Of a stretch of 64,000 nucleotides of DNA, positions 25,501 through 38,381 are shown piece after piece. The notes below the pieces were generated by a model. It worked only from the letters and a program-made list of their open reading frames with translations. It did no database searches and was not told the origin of the DNA. The stretch's first letter is position 1, and the number at the start of each line of letters is the position of its first letter. The stretch is from Pelomyxa schiedti (Eukaryota; Protista; Evosea), in the NCBI GenBank assembly GCA_020536535.1, contig JAHLWZ010000530.1, forward strand, positions 158,384 to 222,383, written 5' to 3'. A program made the translations under genes and the position numbers.

Positions 25501-27053
25501 TTCGTTGCAGTGAAAGCACTTCATGAAGTCATTCGGAGTGATTTCAACATCACCCAATTTCAGCAGGAAGCTGTGGTGAGTGAGTGAGTGAGAGAGAAAC
25601 CTTAAACAACCAATCAAACAAAAATAGATGACTCACCATACTGTAATCCAGATTTCGTCAAGTTTGAGGCACCCCAACATCGTGAGATGCCTTGGAACGT
25701 GCACAACAAGCACTGGGTCACTCTTGATTGTCTCTGAGCTCATGGAAATGAACCTGACGCAGCTCCTCCATCATGTTCCTCCTTCTTTCACAATCTTGGG
25801 GAATTAATTGTTGGTGCCTTTGCAGAAAAGTTTGATGTTCACAGAAATTGTTGCAGTCTCTTCAGGAATTTCCAAAGGGATGGCTGCACTTCACTTGTTT
25901 GTTTTCTTTCCCCTGATAAGTTTCACAAATGCATGAACTCATGGAAACACAGGAGGAATTACATGCACCGGGACCTGACATGCAACAACGTTCTCATTGA
26001 TTCTCATGGAACTCCGAAAATCGCTGATTTTGGTATCCTCCTCTTTCCTCTTCAATATAAATAGGTTCATGAAATGACTGACATGTTCACAGGAGTGTCA
26101 AGAGCTCTCCCAAGTTACGCTGAGTCTTATGGTGGTGGCCACCGCATCACCCCAGCTGTTAGTTTTACAAACGGGGCCGGCACACTAAATTATCTGCCAC
26201 CACAGATGCACACCCGTCACTACGGACTCAAAGGGGTGTGTCTGTCTCTGTTTTCTCTCATGGTGGCACCAATTCTGACCAAACAACACAATGCCTGCCA
26301 CAGGTGACATGTGGGAGTTTGCAGTCTTGTTGGGTGTGCTTCTCGATGTGCCAATACCACAAGTGCGCGAACCGAAGTCCGCGAACGAAATAACCGAGTT
26401 TTTGGCGGTCCAACGAGCTTCACTCTCCTCATCCGAAGTTGCCGGTTCGTTTGTTAACTCGAATGAATCATTTATGTATTGGCCGATAACTTACATGCAC
26501 ACACAGAATTGAACCGGCTTTGCCAAAGTGACCCTGGAGAACTTATTGTTGTGGGATGCCTCAGCCGGAGGAATGCCGTCATTTCTTCCTTGCGTTCTGA
26601 TCCCCGGATGGGCAACGTGCACCCTGCATGCGTTGGTCTGTTCTCACTCGTTGTCGAGTCGTGACTCTCGATCCTTGGTTCGTTTCTTCCCCCACCCACA
26701 AGCTCCAACTCATCACACACACAGAGAGCAACCGGCCGGCAATCGAGAGAATGCTGATGACATGTGCCGGCATCCTGTTTGAAGGTTCCACAACAACAAC
26801 CAACAACAACAGCATAAGCAACGATGACGCCATTGTTGTTGCAACAACCACGCAATCGGCATCCGCAGCGGCCACGGCACCCTCCACAACAACAACAACA
26901 ACGACGAGTGACAACCGCGAGTTGGCGGCACGCATCGCGGGGTGCCTCGCGGAAATGGCGGCGCAGAGCTTCCCTTGCCATCTCAATCCATCATCAACCA
27001 CAACAACATCACCAGTAACTGCTTCTGCTGCATCATCTTTCTTTTCATCATGA
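22560..27053 (+). pseudogene. K1: ankyrin (with micro-exon array)-coiled coil-ubiquitin-like-TKL kinase; 5' end apparently damaged
   Basis: Exon 1 GPWAWFWAAFGGESDKLAVLLERDSGLIDSVND matches U1/U3 but has no in-frame ATG. Exon 2 (22816-22886) is 71 nt versus 84 nt in paralogs, a frameshift. Downstream motifs TALHLACRNGK, LGVGSYGTVFK, VAVK, HRDLTCNN and ADFG. Confidence 0.65.
22887..24115 (+). other. Micro-exon array A (14 intact candidates plus 1 with a dead acceptor)
   Basis: ag|exon|gt at 22938 ATT, 23051 GGTAAAAAT, 23140 GGAGAG, 23205 GTTAATGGA, 23301 ATT, 23386 TAT, 23450 GGA, 23532 GGA, 23618 CTT, 23668 GGA, 23763 TAT, 23835 GGA, (23925 ATT with a cgg acceptor), 23977 GAA and 24048 GGTGAC. 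Confidence 0.8.
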
Positions 27054-27146
27054 CGACCAGACAGCCACCATGGCACCATCTCAACGAAAGCACAACCAAT
27101 CAAATCAATGATTGCAAGTTTTTATTTTTTTCGTCGACGAAACATC

Positions 27147-30100
27147 ATGACAACACACCAGCAGTGCGAGGAGTTGGGATTTGCGTGCTCGACTGGCACC
27201 ATGCCCGAGTTGCCGTCACCCACGTGGGACATCAACACCCCCATCGACGGTAGTTGGACCATGCTCCACATCGCGTGCTATTACGGGAACGAGTCGGTTG
27301 TTGGGCAGCTCCTTGGTGTGGTGGGTGCCTCACGCAGCCCCCCAATCGACCCAAACAAAACCGACAGCCATGGCCGAACGCCGCTGTGTTACGCTGCTTG
27401 CCAGGGCCACGAAGCAGTGGTGAGGATGTTGGTGGCAAGACCCAATGTGGATGTGAACAAGGGGTGCCCACTGGTCGAGGCATGTAGTAATCACCGCATG
27501 AAGGTGGTGGTGGCGTTGCTTGAGTGCCCACGTGTGGCCGTCAACTTGTTGCAAACAGCAGGAGACCAGCAGTCACACAAGGGTCAAACAGCACTGCACA
27601 TGGCCTGCGAAATGAGATTCGTGAAAGGGGTGAAGGTTCTGCTCCAGGTAAATGGAGTTGACACAAACCGCAAAAACATCAATGGTGAAACACCACTTGA
27701 TGTGGCAACAAGAAGGAAGGTTTCAGATGGCAAATACACTGATATATGCAACCTCTTGAAGGATCACAACGCGAGAATTATTCAATCCTCAAGCCACACG
27801 TTACCGCCACCACAACCACAATCACAACCCACAGCAACCACGATGACAGAAACGGTTCCAACTGCCACCAGGACCGCCACCAGCAATGTGGTGTCCAAAG
27901 CTCTTGGCATCATTGACAGCAGTAACAACTGGGAAATCGCTGCAGAGCAGCAGAAGAGTAACCCTTCCTCCATTGTGCCACACACCTCACTCACACTTTG
28001 TGTTGAAAAGGAGAAATCACAGAACTGAATGCACGAATCACACAATTGGAGGATGAAAACGCAAAGAACCTGAAGCTTCTCCATGATGAAAGAAAATATA
28101 GACAGAATTCAGAGGTGTGTGTTTGCTGGTCTTATGACGGATTCGTCGATAGTAATAACCTCTTTTGACAATGCATTCCACAGATGGAACTCCAAAGGGT
28201 GCAAGAAAAAAACGTGTTGGACATGACTGCAAAGAACAACGGTTTTTTGACACACCTTTTCTCCTCCTCCTTTTTCTCTTGTTTTGAATTCAAAAGTGAA
28301 CTCAAAACCCTTTTTTTCCCCTTCTTCCAAACACAGAAATCATGGAACTGGAGGCCCTTATAACAACATTGGAGGAAGAAAGTGCCAAGAACCTGAAGAT
28401 CTTTTGTGATGCAAGAGAGTTTTCACAACAAAGATCTTGTGATCTCCAACAGTGTATGTGCTCACAAGATCCTCTTTTTCAACCAACCACATCACCATGC
28501 TTCATTCTAACTTTAAAGCAGGCATGAATCACATGATGTCACATTTTGAACAAGGAGAAGGCACATGGTGCAACATTCTTCCTGAAAACAACAAAAGCTG
28601 CAAGAGATCACAAATCAGGATTGCATTTGAGGATTTTCCCTCTTTTGAGGAAATTGTGTGTGCCTTCTGTCCTCTTCAAATGGTATGTGACTGTGCTCTC
28701 CTTTGGCATTTCCCCCCACCCCCCCCCCCCCCCTTTGTTGTTGTTGTGATGTTGGTCACTGGCTGGGTGCATGGAAAAATAACGAGACAAACAAACACAG
28801 GTTGCAAAGATTGTAATCTCAAAGAAGTTTGGAATTGAACTGGCCCAACAAGTGATTTTCATTGTTGGCCCAGGAAACAACAACTCTGATGAGGAACTGC
28901 TGACGGATTCGTCCAGAACCTTGGATGACATTCAAAAACTACAACAACAAGAAGGAAGCAGCAGCACAAACATAGCAGTTCAAATCAAAGTTCGAATCAA
29001 ATCAAGCATGACAATACAAGAGAAAGACCTGAAAGTTGTTTCGACACTTGGAGTTGGATCGTACGGAACTGTTTTCAAGTGCTCCTTCCTTCACAACGTG
29101 GCCACCCCTTCATCATCATCAGAAGCAACGACAACAACGTTTGTGGCAGTGAAAGCACTTCACGAAATCATCAGATCAGAGTCAAACATCACACGATTCC
29201 AGCAGGAAGCTCTGGTGAGTGCCACCCTGTGTTTGAAAACAAATTCATTCATCCACTCACCATCTCACCAGATTTCATCAAGCTTGAGGCATCCCAACAT
29301 TGTGAGATGCCTTGGAACGTGCATTTGCACGAGCACAGGGTCACTCTGGATCGTCTCTGAACTCATGGAAATGAGCCTCAGGCAGCTCCTCCGTCATGTT
29401 TGTTTTCCTCCTCCCACTTTGAAAACATATGAACATTCAACAAACACAATCAGAAAGATTTGACATTCACAGAAGTTGTTGCAGTTTCTTCGGGAATTGC
29501 CAAGGGGATGACTGCACTTCACAGGTTTCAATCTTTCTGTTTTTTCTTTTGCTTGTCAAACCCACAACATCAACTCTAATTTTTCCCAATACGAAAAATG
29601 GATTTGCAACAAAAACACAGGAGGAACTACATGCACCGGGACCTGAGCAGCAACAATGTCCTCTTGGATTCTCATGGAACTCCGAAAATAACTGACTTTG
29701 GTACTTTCTCCAACTGCATACACATAATCTCAACTCAAAACTCTGAAGGAGTGTCGAGAGCCATTCAGGGTCAAATCGGCCGTGGGAGTGTGCCACCTAT
29801 GATTGGGAGTTATTCAAAAGGGGCCGGAACCCCGATTTACTTATCACCACAGATGCACACCGGGCACTACGGAATCCAAGGTATGCGGATGGCGTTCATC
29901 CTGTTGATATCACTCAATACTAATTCCACACACACATATATAATTCAAAAGGGGACATTTGGGAGTTTGCAGTTTTGTTGAGTGAACTTCTTCAACGCGA
30001 AGTTCCGTCGGTACAAATGCCAAAGTCCGGTGCCCAAGTCACAGAATTTGTGAGAGTTCAGAGGGCTTCACTCTCACCCCTTGAAATTGCCGGTTTGTTG

Positions 30101-30598
30101 TCAGCAACAACCACAATACAAAAGGTGCTCTCTGACTCACACACAACACAGAAGTGGACCGGCTTTGCAATGACGTTGGAGACATTCCCGTTGCTGAGTG
30201 CCTCGGCCGGAGGCTCGCAATCATCTCCGCGTTGCGATCCGATCCCAAGATGAACAACAACGTGCACCGTGCGTGCGTTGGTCTGTTCTCTCTCGTTGTT
30301 GAGTCCTGCCTCTCCATCCTCGGTTCGTTTTCCTTTCCGTCCTCACCCTCACTCACTGACTTACTCCCACAACCACACACAAATCCACACGCGCACAGAG
30401 ATCGACCGGCCGTCATTCCCGGCGATTGACAAAGTGTTGATGATGTGCGCCGAGATCGTGTTCACCACCAATTCCAGACCAAGCCCGTCGACCAACAGCA
30501 CTCCCACAAGTGACAACGACGTGATGGGGCACATCACCAAGTGCCTCGAGAACATCGCAGCAACTACGTTCCAAGACCACTGCAATCGCACAGAGTGA
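27147..30598 (+). CDS. K2: ankyrin-coiled coil-ubiquitin-like-TKL kinase (multi-exon)
   Basis: Ankyrin motifs (TMLHIAC, GRTPLCYAA, GQTALHMAC, GETPLDVA), heptad exons and a UBL-like segment ISKKFGIELAQQVIF...DSSRTLDDI. Kinase motifs GVGSYG, VAVK, HPNIV, HRDLSSNN and TDFG. Confidence 0.85.
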
Positions 30599-30905
30599 GG
30601 ACTGGCCTGCCGCCAATGAGCAGCGGTGCGTGCGGCCTGCATCCATTGTAGTCTCTGAGTGGTGCGGGTGGTCTTTTTCACAATAATCAACGGGAGGGGA
30701 GAATTTGGGAGCTCTCAATTGTTGGTAAATGGCTGAACAAAAAAAAACACCGGACCGCCGATCCTGAGCGACGGTAACGAAAATGCCAGCGTTCCGGTCC
30801 GTTGATTATTTGATTCAAAGGGCTGATTGTTAGTGGCTTCCCCTAACCATCAAAAAGCGACCATAGGCGTTATTACGCACCGCCGGCCAAACGTCATCAC
30901 CCACA

Positions 30906-33900
30906 ATGACAACACCACTGTCACACCATCAGTGCGTGGCCATGCGATTTGCGTGCGAGCGTGGTGAGATGCCCGAGTTGCCGCCGTCGCCCACGTGGGA
31001 CATCAACACCCCCATCGACGGTGGTTTGACCCTGCTCCACATCGCGTGCTACTGCGGCCGCGAGTCGGTCGTCGGCCAGCTCCTCGGCGCGGCCGGCGCG
31101 TCGCGCCGCCCCCCGATCGACCCGAACTCGACGGACAGCTACGGCCGAACCCCGCTGTGTCACGCCGCCCGCGAGGGCAAGGAGGCAGTGGTGAAGATGC
31201 TGGTGGCGAGACCAGACGTGGACGTGAACAAGGGGTGCCCGCTGGTCGAGGCGTGTGGGGTGCCGCTCATGGGCGTGGTGGTGGCGCTGCTCGAGTGCCC
31301 TCGGGTGGACGTCAACTTGGTGCAGACGGCAGGCGACGAGAGGTCTCACAGGGGCCAAACGGCACTGCACGTGGCCTGCGGAATGAGGTTCGTGAAAGGG
31401 GTGAAGGTGCTGCTCCAGGTCAATGGAATTGACACGAACCGCAAAAACATCAAGGGCGAAACACCACTTGATGTGGCAACAAGAAGGAAGGTTTCAGATG
31501 GCAAATTCACTGAAATATGCAACCTCTTGAATGATCACAATGCGAGAATTATTCAATCCTCAAGCCACACCTTACCACCACCACAACCACCACCCACCGG
31601 CAATGTACTGTCCAAAGCTCTTGACATCATTGGCAGTAACAATGATGGGAAACAAGAAAGAAACTGGGAAATCACCGTAATGCAGCAGAGGAGTAACCCC
31701 CCAAATCAAATTTAACTTGGTACACACACCTCACTCACACTTTGTGTTCAAAAGGAGAAATCAGAGAACTGAATGCCCGAATCACACAATTGGAGGATGA
31801 AAACTCAAAGAACCTGAAGCTTCTCCAGGAGGAAAGACAACTCCACAAAAAGACTCTTCTTGACTCAACTTTGAAGAACAAGGGTTTTAACCCTTTCTCT
31901 CCTCTTCTCTCACCCCCAAAAAAAAGAGCTGATGGCACTGATCTCCACACTGGAGGAAGAAAGTGCCAAGAACCTGAAGCTTCTCCATGAAGAAAGAAAA
32001 TGCAGACAGGTCGACCAACAAAGGTTTTGTGAACTGCAACAGAACTGTTTGTGCTCCCCCACTCCTCCTTTTCTTCCTTCCTTTTTCTCCCTTCAGGCTT
32101 TGCTTCTTCTCTTTTAGATTCTGACACCTGTTCTCATATCAAGGGAAACAGAATTCAGAAGTGTGTGTTTGTTGTTTGTCTTATAACAATGGGTCCTACA
32201 ATAATAATGAAACACATTCCCTCCACAGATGGAACTCCAAAGGTTGCAAGAAAAACACATGATGGACATGACCGCAAAGAACAACGGTTTTTTGACACCT
32301 CCTTTTTCTCTTTCTTTGTTAAAATTCAGGAAAGTGAACTCATTGGTTCACCCTCAAACTCTTTTTTCCCTTCTTCCAAACACAGAAGTCACGGAACTGG
32401 AGGCCTTCATAACAACATTGGAGGAAGAAAGTGCAAAGAACCTGAAGATCTTTTGTGATGAAAGAGAGTTTTCACAACAAAGATCTCATGATCTCCAACA
32501 CTGTTTGTCCCTCTTTTTCGACAAACCACACATTCATAACACCATGCCACACTCTTCTTCATTCTAACTGTAAAGCAGGTATGAATCACATGATTTCACA
32601 TGTTGAACAAGGAGAAGGCATGTGGTGTGACATTCTTCCTGAAAACAACAACTGCAAGAGATCACAAATCAGGATTGCATTTGAGGATCTTCCCTCTTTT
32701 GAGGAAATTGTGTGTGGCCTCTGTCCTCTTCAAATGGTATGTGACCGTGCTCCTACTTTGAGATATTGGTCACTGGCTGGGTGCGTGGGAAAATAACGAG
32801 ACAAACAAACACAGGTCGCAAAGATTGTCATCTCAAAGAAGTTTGGAATTGAACCAGCTCAACAACTCATTTTCATTGTTGGCCCAGGAAACAACAACTC
32901 TGATGAGGAACTGCTGACAGATTCATCCAGAACCTTGGATGACATTCAAAAACGACAACAACAAGGCAACATCAGCAGCAGCACAAGCAGAGATGTTGTT
33001 CAAATCAAGGTTCGAATCAAATCAAGCATGACAATACAAGAGAAAGACCTGAAACTTATTTCGACACTTGGAGTTGGGTCTTATGGAACTGTTTTCAAGT
33101 GCTCCTTCCTTCACAGCACAACCCCCTCTTCCTCATCATCATCAACAACAACAACGTTTGTGGCAGTGAAAGCACTTCACGAAATCATCAGATCAGAGTC
33201 AAACATCACACGATTTCAGCAGGAAGCTCTGGTGAGAGAGTTTCCCTCTATGACCCTGTGTTTGAAAACAAATTCATTCACCCACTCACCATCTCACCAA
33301 CACACACGCCAGATTTCATCAAGCTTGAGACATCCCAACATTGTGAGATGCCTTGGAACGTGCATTTGCACGAGCACCGGGTCACTCTGGATCGTCTCTG
33401 AACTCATGGAAATGAGCCTCAGGCAGCTCCTCCGTCATGTTTGTTTTCCTCCTCCCACTTTTGAAAAGATATGAACATTCGACAACGCAATCAGAAAGAT
33501 TTGACATTCACAGAAGTTGTTGCAGTTTCTTCAGGAATTGCCAAAGGGATGACTGCACTTCACAGGTTTTCAATTTCTGTTTTTTCTTTTGCTTGTCAAA
33601 CACACAACATCAACTCCAATTTGTCCCAATAAATAAAATGGATTTGCAACAAAAACACAGGAGGAACTACATGCACCGGGACCTGAGCAGCAACAATGTC
33701 CTCTTGGATTCTCATGGAACTCCAAAAATAACTGACTTTGGTACTTTCTCCAACTGCCTACACATAATCTCAACTCAAACCTCTGAAGGAGTGTCGAGAG
33801 CCATTCAGGGTCAAACCGGCCGTGGGAATGTGCCACCTATGATTGGGAGTTTTTCAAAAGGGGCCGGAACCCCGATTTACTTGTCACCACAGATGCACAC

Positions 33901-34638
33901 CGGGCACTACGGAATTCAAGGTATGGGGATGGTGTTAATCCTGTTGATATCACTCAATACTAATTCCACACACACATATATATAATTCACAAGGGGACAT
34001 TTGGGAGTTTGCGGTCTTGTTGAGTGAACTTCTTCAACGCGAAGTTCCGTCGATACAAATGCCAAAGTCCGGTGCCCAAGTGACAGAATTTATGAGGCTC
34101 CAGAGGGCATCGCTCTCACCTCCGGAAATTGCCGGTTTGTTGTCAATAAGAATACACTCTCTCTGACTCACACACATCACGCACAGAAGTGGACCGTCTT
34201 TGCAATGACGTTGGAGACATTCCCGTTGCTGAGTGCCTCGGCCGGAGGATCGCAATCATCTCCGCGTTGCGAACCGATCCCAAGATGAACAACAACAACG
34301 TGCACCGTGCATGTGTTGGTCTGTTCTCTCTCGTTGTTGAATCCTGCCTCTCGATCCTCGGTTCGTTTTTCTTTTCCCATTCCGTCCCTCACTTACTCCC
34401 ACAACCACCAGAGATCGACCGGCCGTCATTCCCGGCGATTGACAAGGTGTTGATGACGTGCGCCGAGATCGTGTTCACCACCAATCCCAGACCAAGCCCG
34501 TCGACCAACAACAACAATAACGACGACGACGTGATGGGGCACATCACCAGGTCCCTCGCGAACATCGCGGCAACAACATTCCCAGGTCGCCGCAATCGCA
34601 CAGAACCAACGACTGCCGTTCCTCTTGGTCACACATAG
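30906..34638 (+). CDS. K3: ankyrin-coiled coil-ubiquitin-like-TKL kinase (close paralog of K2)
   Basis: Same motifs and intron positions as K2, with an extra coiled-coil exon. Confidence 0.85.
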
Positions 34639-34732
34639 TGAGGACCCGCCCCCAATGAGCAGTGGTGAGAGAGCGTCCCTCAGTTTGTCTTCCCTTCCCA
34701 ATTGAGAGAACATCTTCATCTTCATCTTTGGC

Positions 34733-34946
34733 TACCGTATGTTGGGAAACCTTCGTTCTATAAAACTTTCGTTGCCTAAAACATTCGTTGTCGAAAACTT
34801 TTGTTGCCGAAAACATGCGCCCGCAAAAAAGTTCGTCGCGGCACCACCAAAAACCACGACACCGAAAACTTTCGCCGGGTGCTGTGGGAGACGAAAAATT
34901 TGGGCAACAAAAGTTTGTTGGAACGAAGGTTTCTCAACATACGGTA
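34733..34946. mobile_element. MITE, Tc1/mariner (pogo-like) type, 210 bp with a TA target duplication
   Basis: TA|CCGTATGTTGGGAAACCTTCGTTC...GAACGAAGGTTTCTCAACATACGG|TA gives a 24-bp TIR with 1 mismatch, extending imperfectly to about 45 bp. Internal AAAACTTTYGTTG subrepeats and no transposase. Confidence 0.85.
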
Positions 34947-35001
34947 ATCCATAACAGTCACTACTTTTTTCCTCTACTACCAACCTGCCCACTGAGAGAG
35001 G

Positions 35002-38000
35002 ATGGGCAACAACATTCCCGGCAACTCGCAATTGGATCAGCAGTACCAGGCCATGCGCGATGCGTGCGAGCGTGGTGAGATGCCCGAGTTGCCGTCGTCG
35101 CCCACGTGGGACATCAACACCCCCATCGGTGGTAGTTGGACCCTGCTTCACTTTGCGTGTGCGTACGGGCACGAGTCGGCTGTTGGGCAGCTCCTTGGTG
35201 TGGTGGGTGCATCACGCAACCCCCCAATCGACCCAAACAAAGCCAACAGATATGGTAGAACGCCACTGTGTTACGCTGCTCGTGAGGGCAAGGAGGCAGT
35301 GGTGAGGATGTTGGTGGCGAGACCAGATGTGGATGTGAACAAGGGGTGCCCACTGGTCTTCGCATGTTGGTATCACCGCATGGGTGTTGTGGTGGCGTTG
35401 CTTGAGTGCCCACGTGTGGACGTCAACTTGATGGATGAAGGTCAAACAGCACTGCACGTGGCCTGTGACAAGGGATTCGTGGAAGGGGTGAAGGTTCTGC
35501 TCAAAGTCAACGGAATTGACACAAACTGCAAAGACACCAATGGTGAAACACCACTTGATGTGGCAAAAAGATGCAAATTCACTGGTATCTGCAACCTCTT
35601 GAAGGATCACAACTCGAGGATTGCCCCAACAACCAGAAAGACCACCTGCAATGTGATTACAGAACCGAATGCCCGAATCACCCTGAATTCAGAAGTGTGT
35701 GTCTGTTGCTGGTCCTACTATAATAATAATCTCTTTTGACGACACATTCCCTCCACAGATGGAAGTCCAAAGGGTGCAAGAAAAAAACGTTATGGACATG
35801 ACTGCAAAGAACAACGGTTTTTAGACACACCTTTTCTCCTCCTCCTTTTTCTTTTTCTTTTTTCAAATTCGAGAAAGTGAACCCATTGGCTCACCCTCAA
35901 ACTTTTTTCTCCCTTCTTCCAAAAACAGAGGTCATGGAACTACAGGCACACATCACAAAATTGGAGGAAGAAAGTGCAAAGAACCTGAAGATCTTTTGTG
36001 ACGAAAGAGCATTTCACCAACACTGTATGCGACACACAAACCACCATGCACACAACATGATATAACACACCATCATTCGAACGTTAAAGCCAGACACCAC
36101 TCACATGATGTCACATGTTGAACAAGGAGAAGGCACATGGCGCAACATTCTCCCTGAAAACAACAACTGCAAGCGATCACAAGTCAGGATTTGCTTTTGA
36201 GGATCTTCCCTGTTTTGATGAAATTGTGTGTGCCTTCTGTCCTCTTCAAATGGTACGACGTTCCTCTCCCCTTTGACTTGAATTCCCCTCTCTTTCTCCT
36301 GGAAACATTAAACAAACACAGGTTGTGAAACTTATCATCTCAAGGAAGTTTGGTGTCGAACCAACTCAACAAATCATTTTCACTGTTGCATCAGAAAATA
36401 ACTCGGAGGAACTGTTGACAGATTCATCCAGAACCTTGGATGACATTCAACAACAACAGCAACAAGGCAACAGCGGAGTTGCTGTGTCAATCAAGGTTCG
36501 AATCAAATCAACCACCACAATACAAGAGAAAGACCTGAAAGTTGTTTCCCAACTCGGAGTTGGATCGTATGGAACTGTTTACAAGTGCACCTTCCTCCAC
36601 AACACTTTACCCTCCTCAACATCAGAACCAACAACCACCACAACATTCGTTGCAGTGAAAGCACTTCATGAACTCATTCGGAGTGATTTCAACATCACCC
36701 AATTTCAACAGGAAGCTGTGGTGAGTGAGTGAGAGTTTAAACAATCACCAACACACTAACATCCCATCCAGATTTCATCAAGTTTGAGGCACCCCAACAT
36801 TGTGAGATGCCTTGGAACATGCACAACAAGCACCGGGTCACTCTTGATTGTCTCTGAGCTCATGGAAATGAGCCTGACGCAGCTCCTCCATCATGTTTTT
36901 TTTTATTCTCCTTCCTCAATCTTGTGGAATTAATTGTTGGTGTCTTTGCAGAAAAGTTTGATGTTCACAGAAATTGTTGCACTCTCTTTAGGAATTTCCA
37001 AAGGGATGGCTGCACTTCACTTGTTTGTTTTCTTTCCCCTGATAAGTTTCCCAAATGTTCATGAACTCATTGGGAGATACAGGAGGAATTACATGCACCG
37101 GGACCTGACGTGCAACAACGTTCTCCTTGATTCTCATGGAAATCCAAAAATTGCTGATCTTGGTATTGTCCTCATCAAAAAATAGGATCCATCTTTTAAT
37201 TTTATTTGCAGGAGTGTCGAGAGCTCTCCAGAGTTCTTCTGGTGGTGGCCACTGCATTACCGCAGCACCTCCTGTTAGTTTCACAGACAAGGCTGGCACA
37301 GAGATTTACCTGCCACCACAGATGCACACTCATCACTACGGACGCGAAGGTGCGTGTCTGTCTGTTTTCTCTCTGGTCGTGATGTTGCCACACGATGGAT
37401 TCTGACCAATGATGCCACCAGGTGACATGTGGGAGTTCGCGGTCTTGTTGAATGCGCTTCTCAATGGAACAATACCACAAGTGAGTCCACTGAAGTCTGC
37501 GAGTGCAGTAACCCAGTTTCTGGCGGTTCAACGGACTTCACTCTCCACATCCGAAGTTGCCGGTTCGTTTGTTCACTCGAATCATATTGCCGACAACTTA
37601 CACCACGCACACACAGAATTGAACCGGCTTTGCCAAAGTGATCCTGGAGAACTCGTTGTTGTGGAGTGCCTCAGCCGGAGGAATGCAATCATTTCTTCCT
37701 TGCGTTCTGATCCCAAGATGAACAACATCCACCCTGCGTGCGTTGGTCTGTTCTCACTCGTTGTCGAGTCGTGCCTCTCCATCCTCGGTTCGTTCCTTCC
37801 CCCACACCCACAATCTCCAACTCCACCACAACCACCAACCTGACAAAACACACAGAGAGCAACCGGCCGTCATTCCCGGCAATCGAGAGAATGCTGATGA
37901 CATGCGCCGGCATCCTGTTTGAAGGTTCCACAACAACAACAACGCAATCGGCATCCACCGCCGCCACGGCACCCTCAACAATAACAACGATAAGTGAGAA

Positions 38001-38124
38001 CCGCGAGTTGGCCGCACGCATCGCGGGGTGCCTCGCAGATATGGCGGCGAGCTTCCCTTGCCATCTCAATCCATCATCAGCCACAGCTGCTGCTGCCGCC
38101 ACATCATCTTTCTTGTCGTCATAA
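35002..38124 (+). pseudogene. K4: ankyrin-coiled coil-ubiquitin-like-TKL kinase with an apparent +1 frameshift near 36190
   Basis: Reads AGG ATT TGC TTT TGA where K1 has ATT GCT TTT GAG. Otherwise the paralog is complete, with DLG in place of DFG. The extra T could be an assembly error. Confidence 0.65.
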
Positions 38125-38381
38125 TCCCCCCACCAACCCAACACCGTAACGCATTATCATCATCAACAAAGGCACAACTATGCCTTATTGAGAGAGACAC
38201 ACAAACGACGAACTCACTCAATCACGAACCCCTCTTTTCTTTTAACTACAGTTCGTTCTTCGCTTTTACAATTCAAGGAAACTAAGGGGTGATCAGAGCC
38301 TTCACAACGCAATGGGTCACAGTCATCATCACACACATCAACAACATCACCAAATTCCAAGTGAACAACAACGACAACAAC

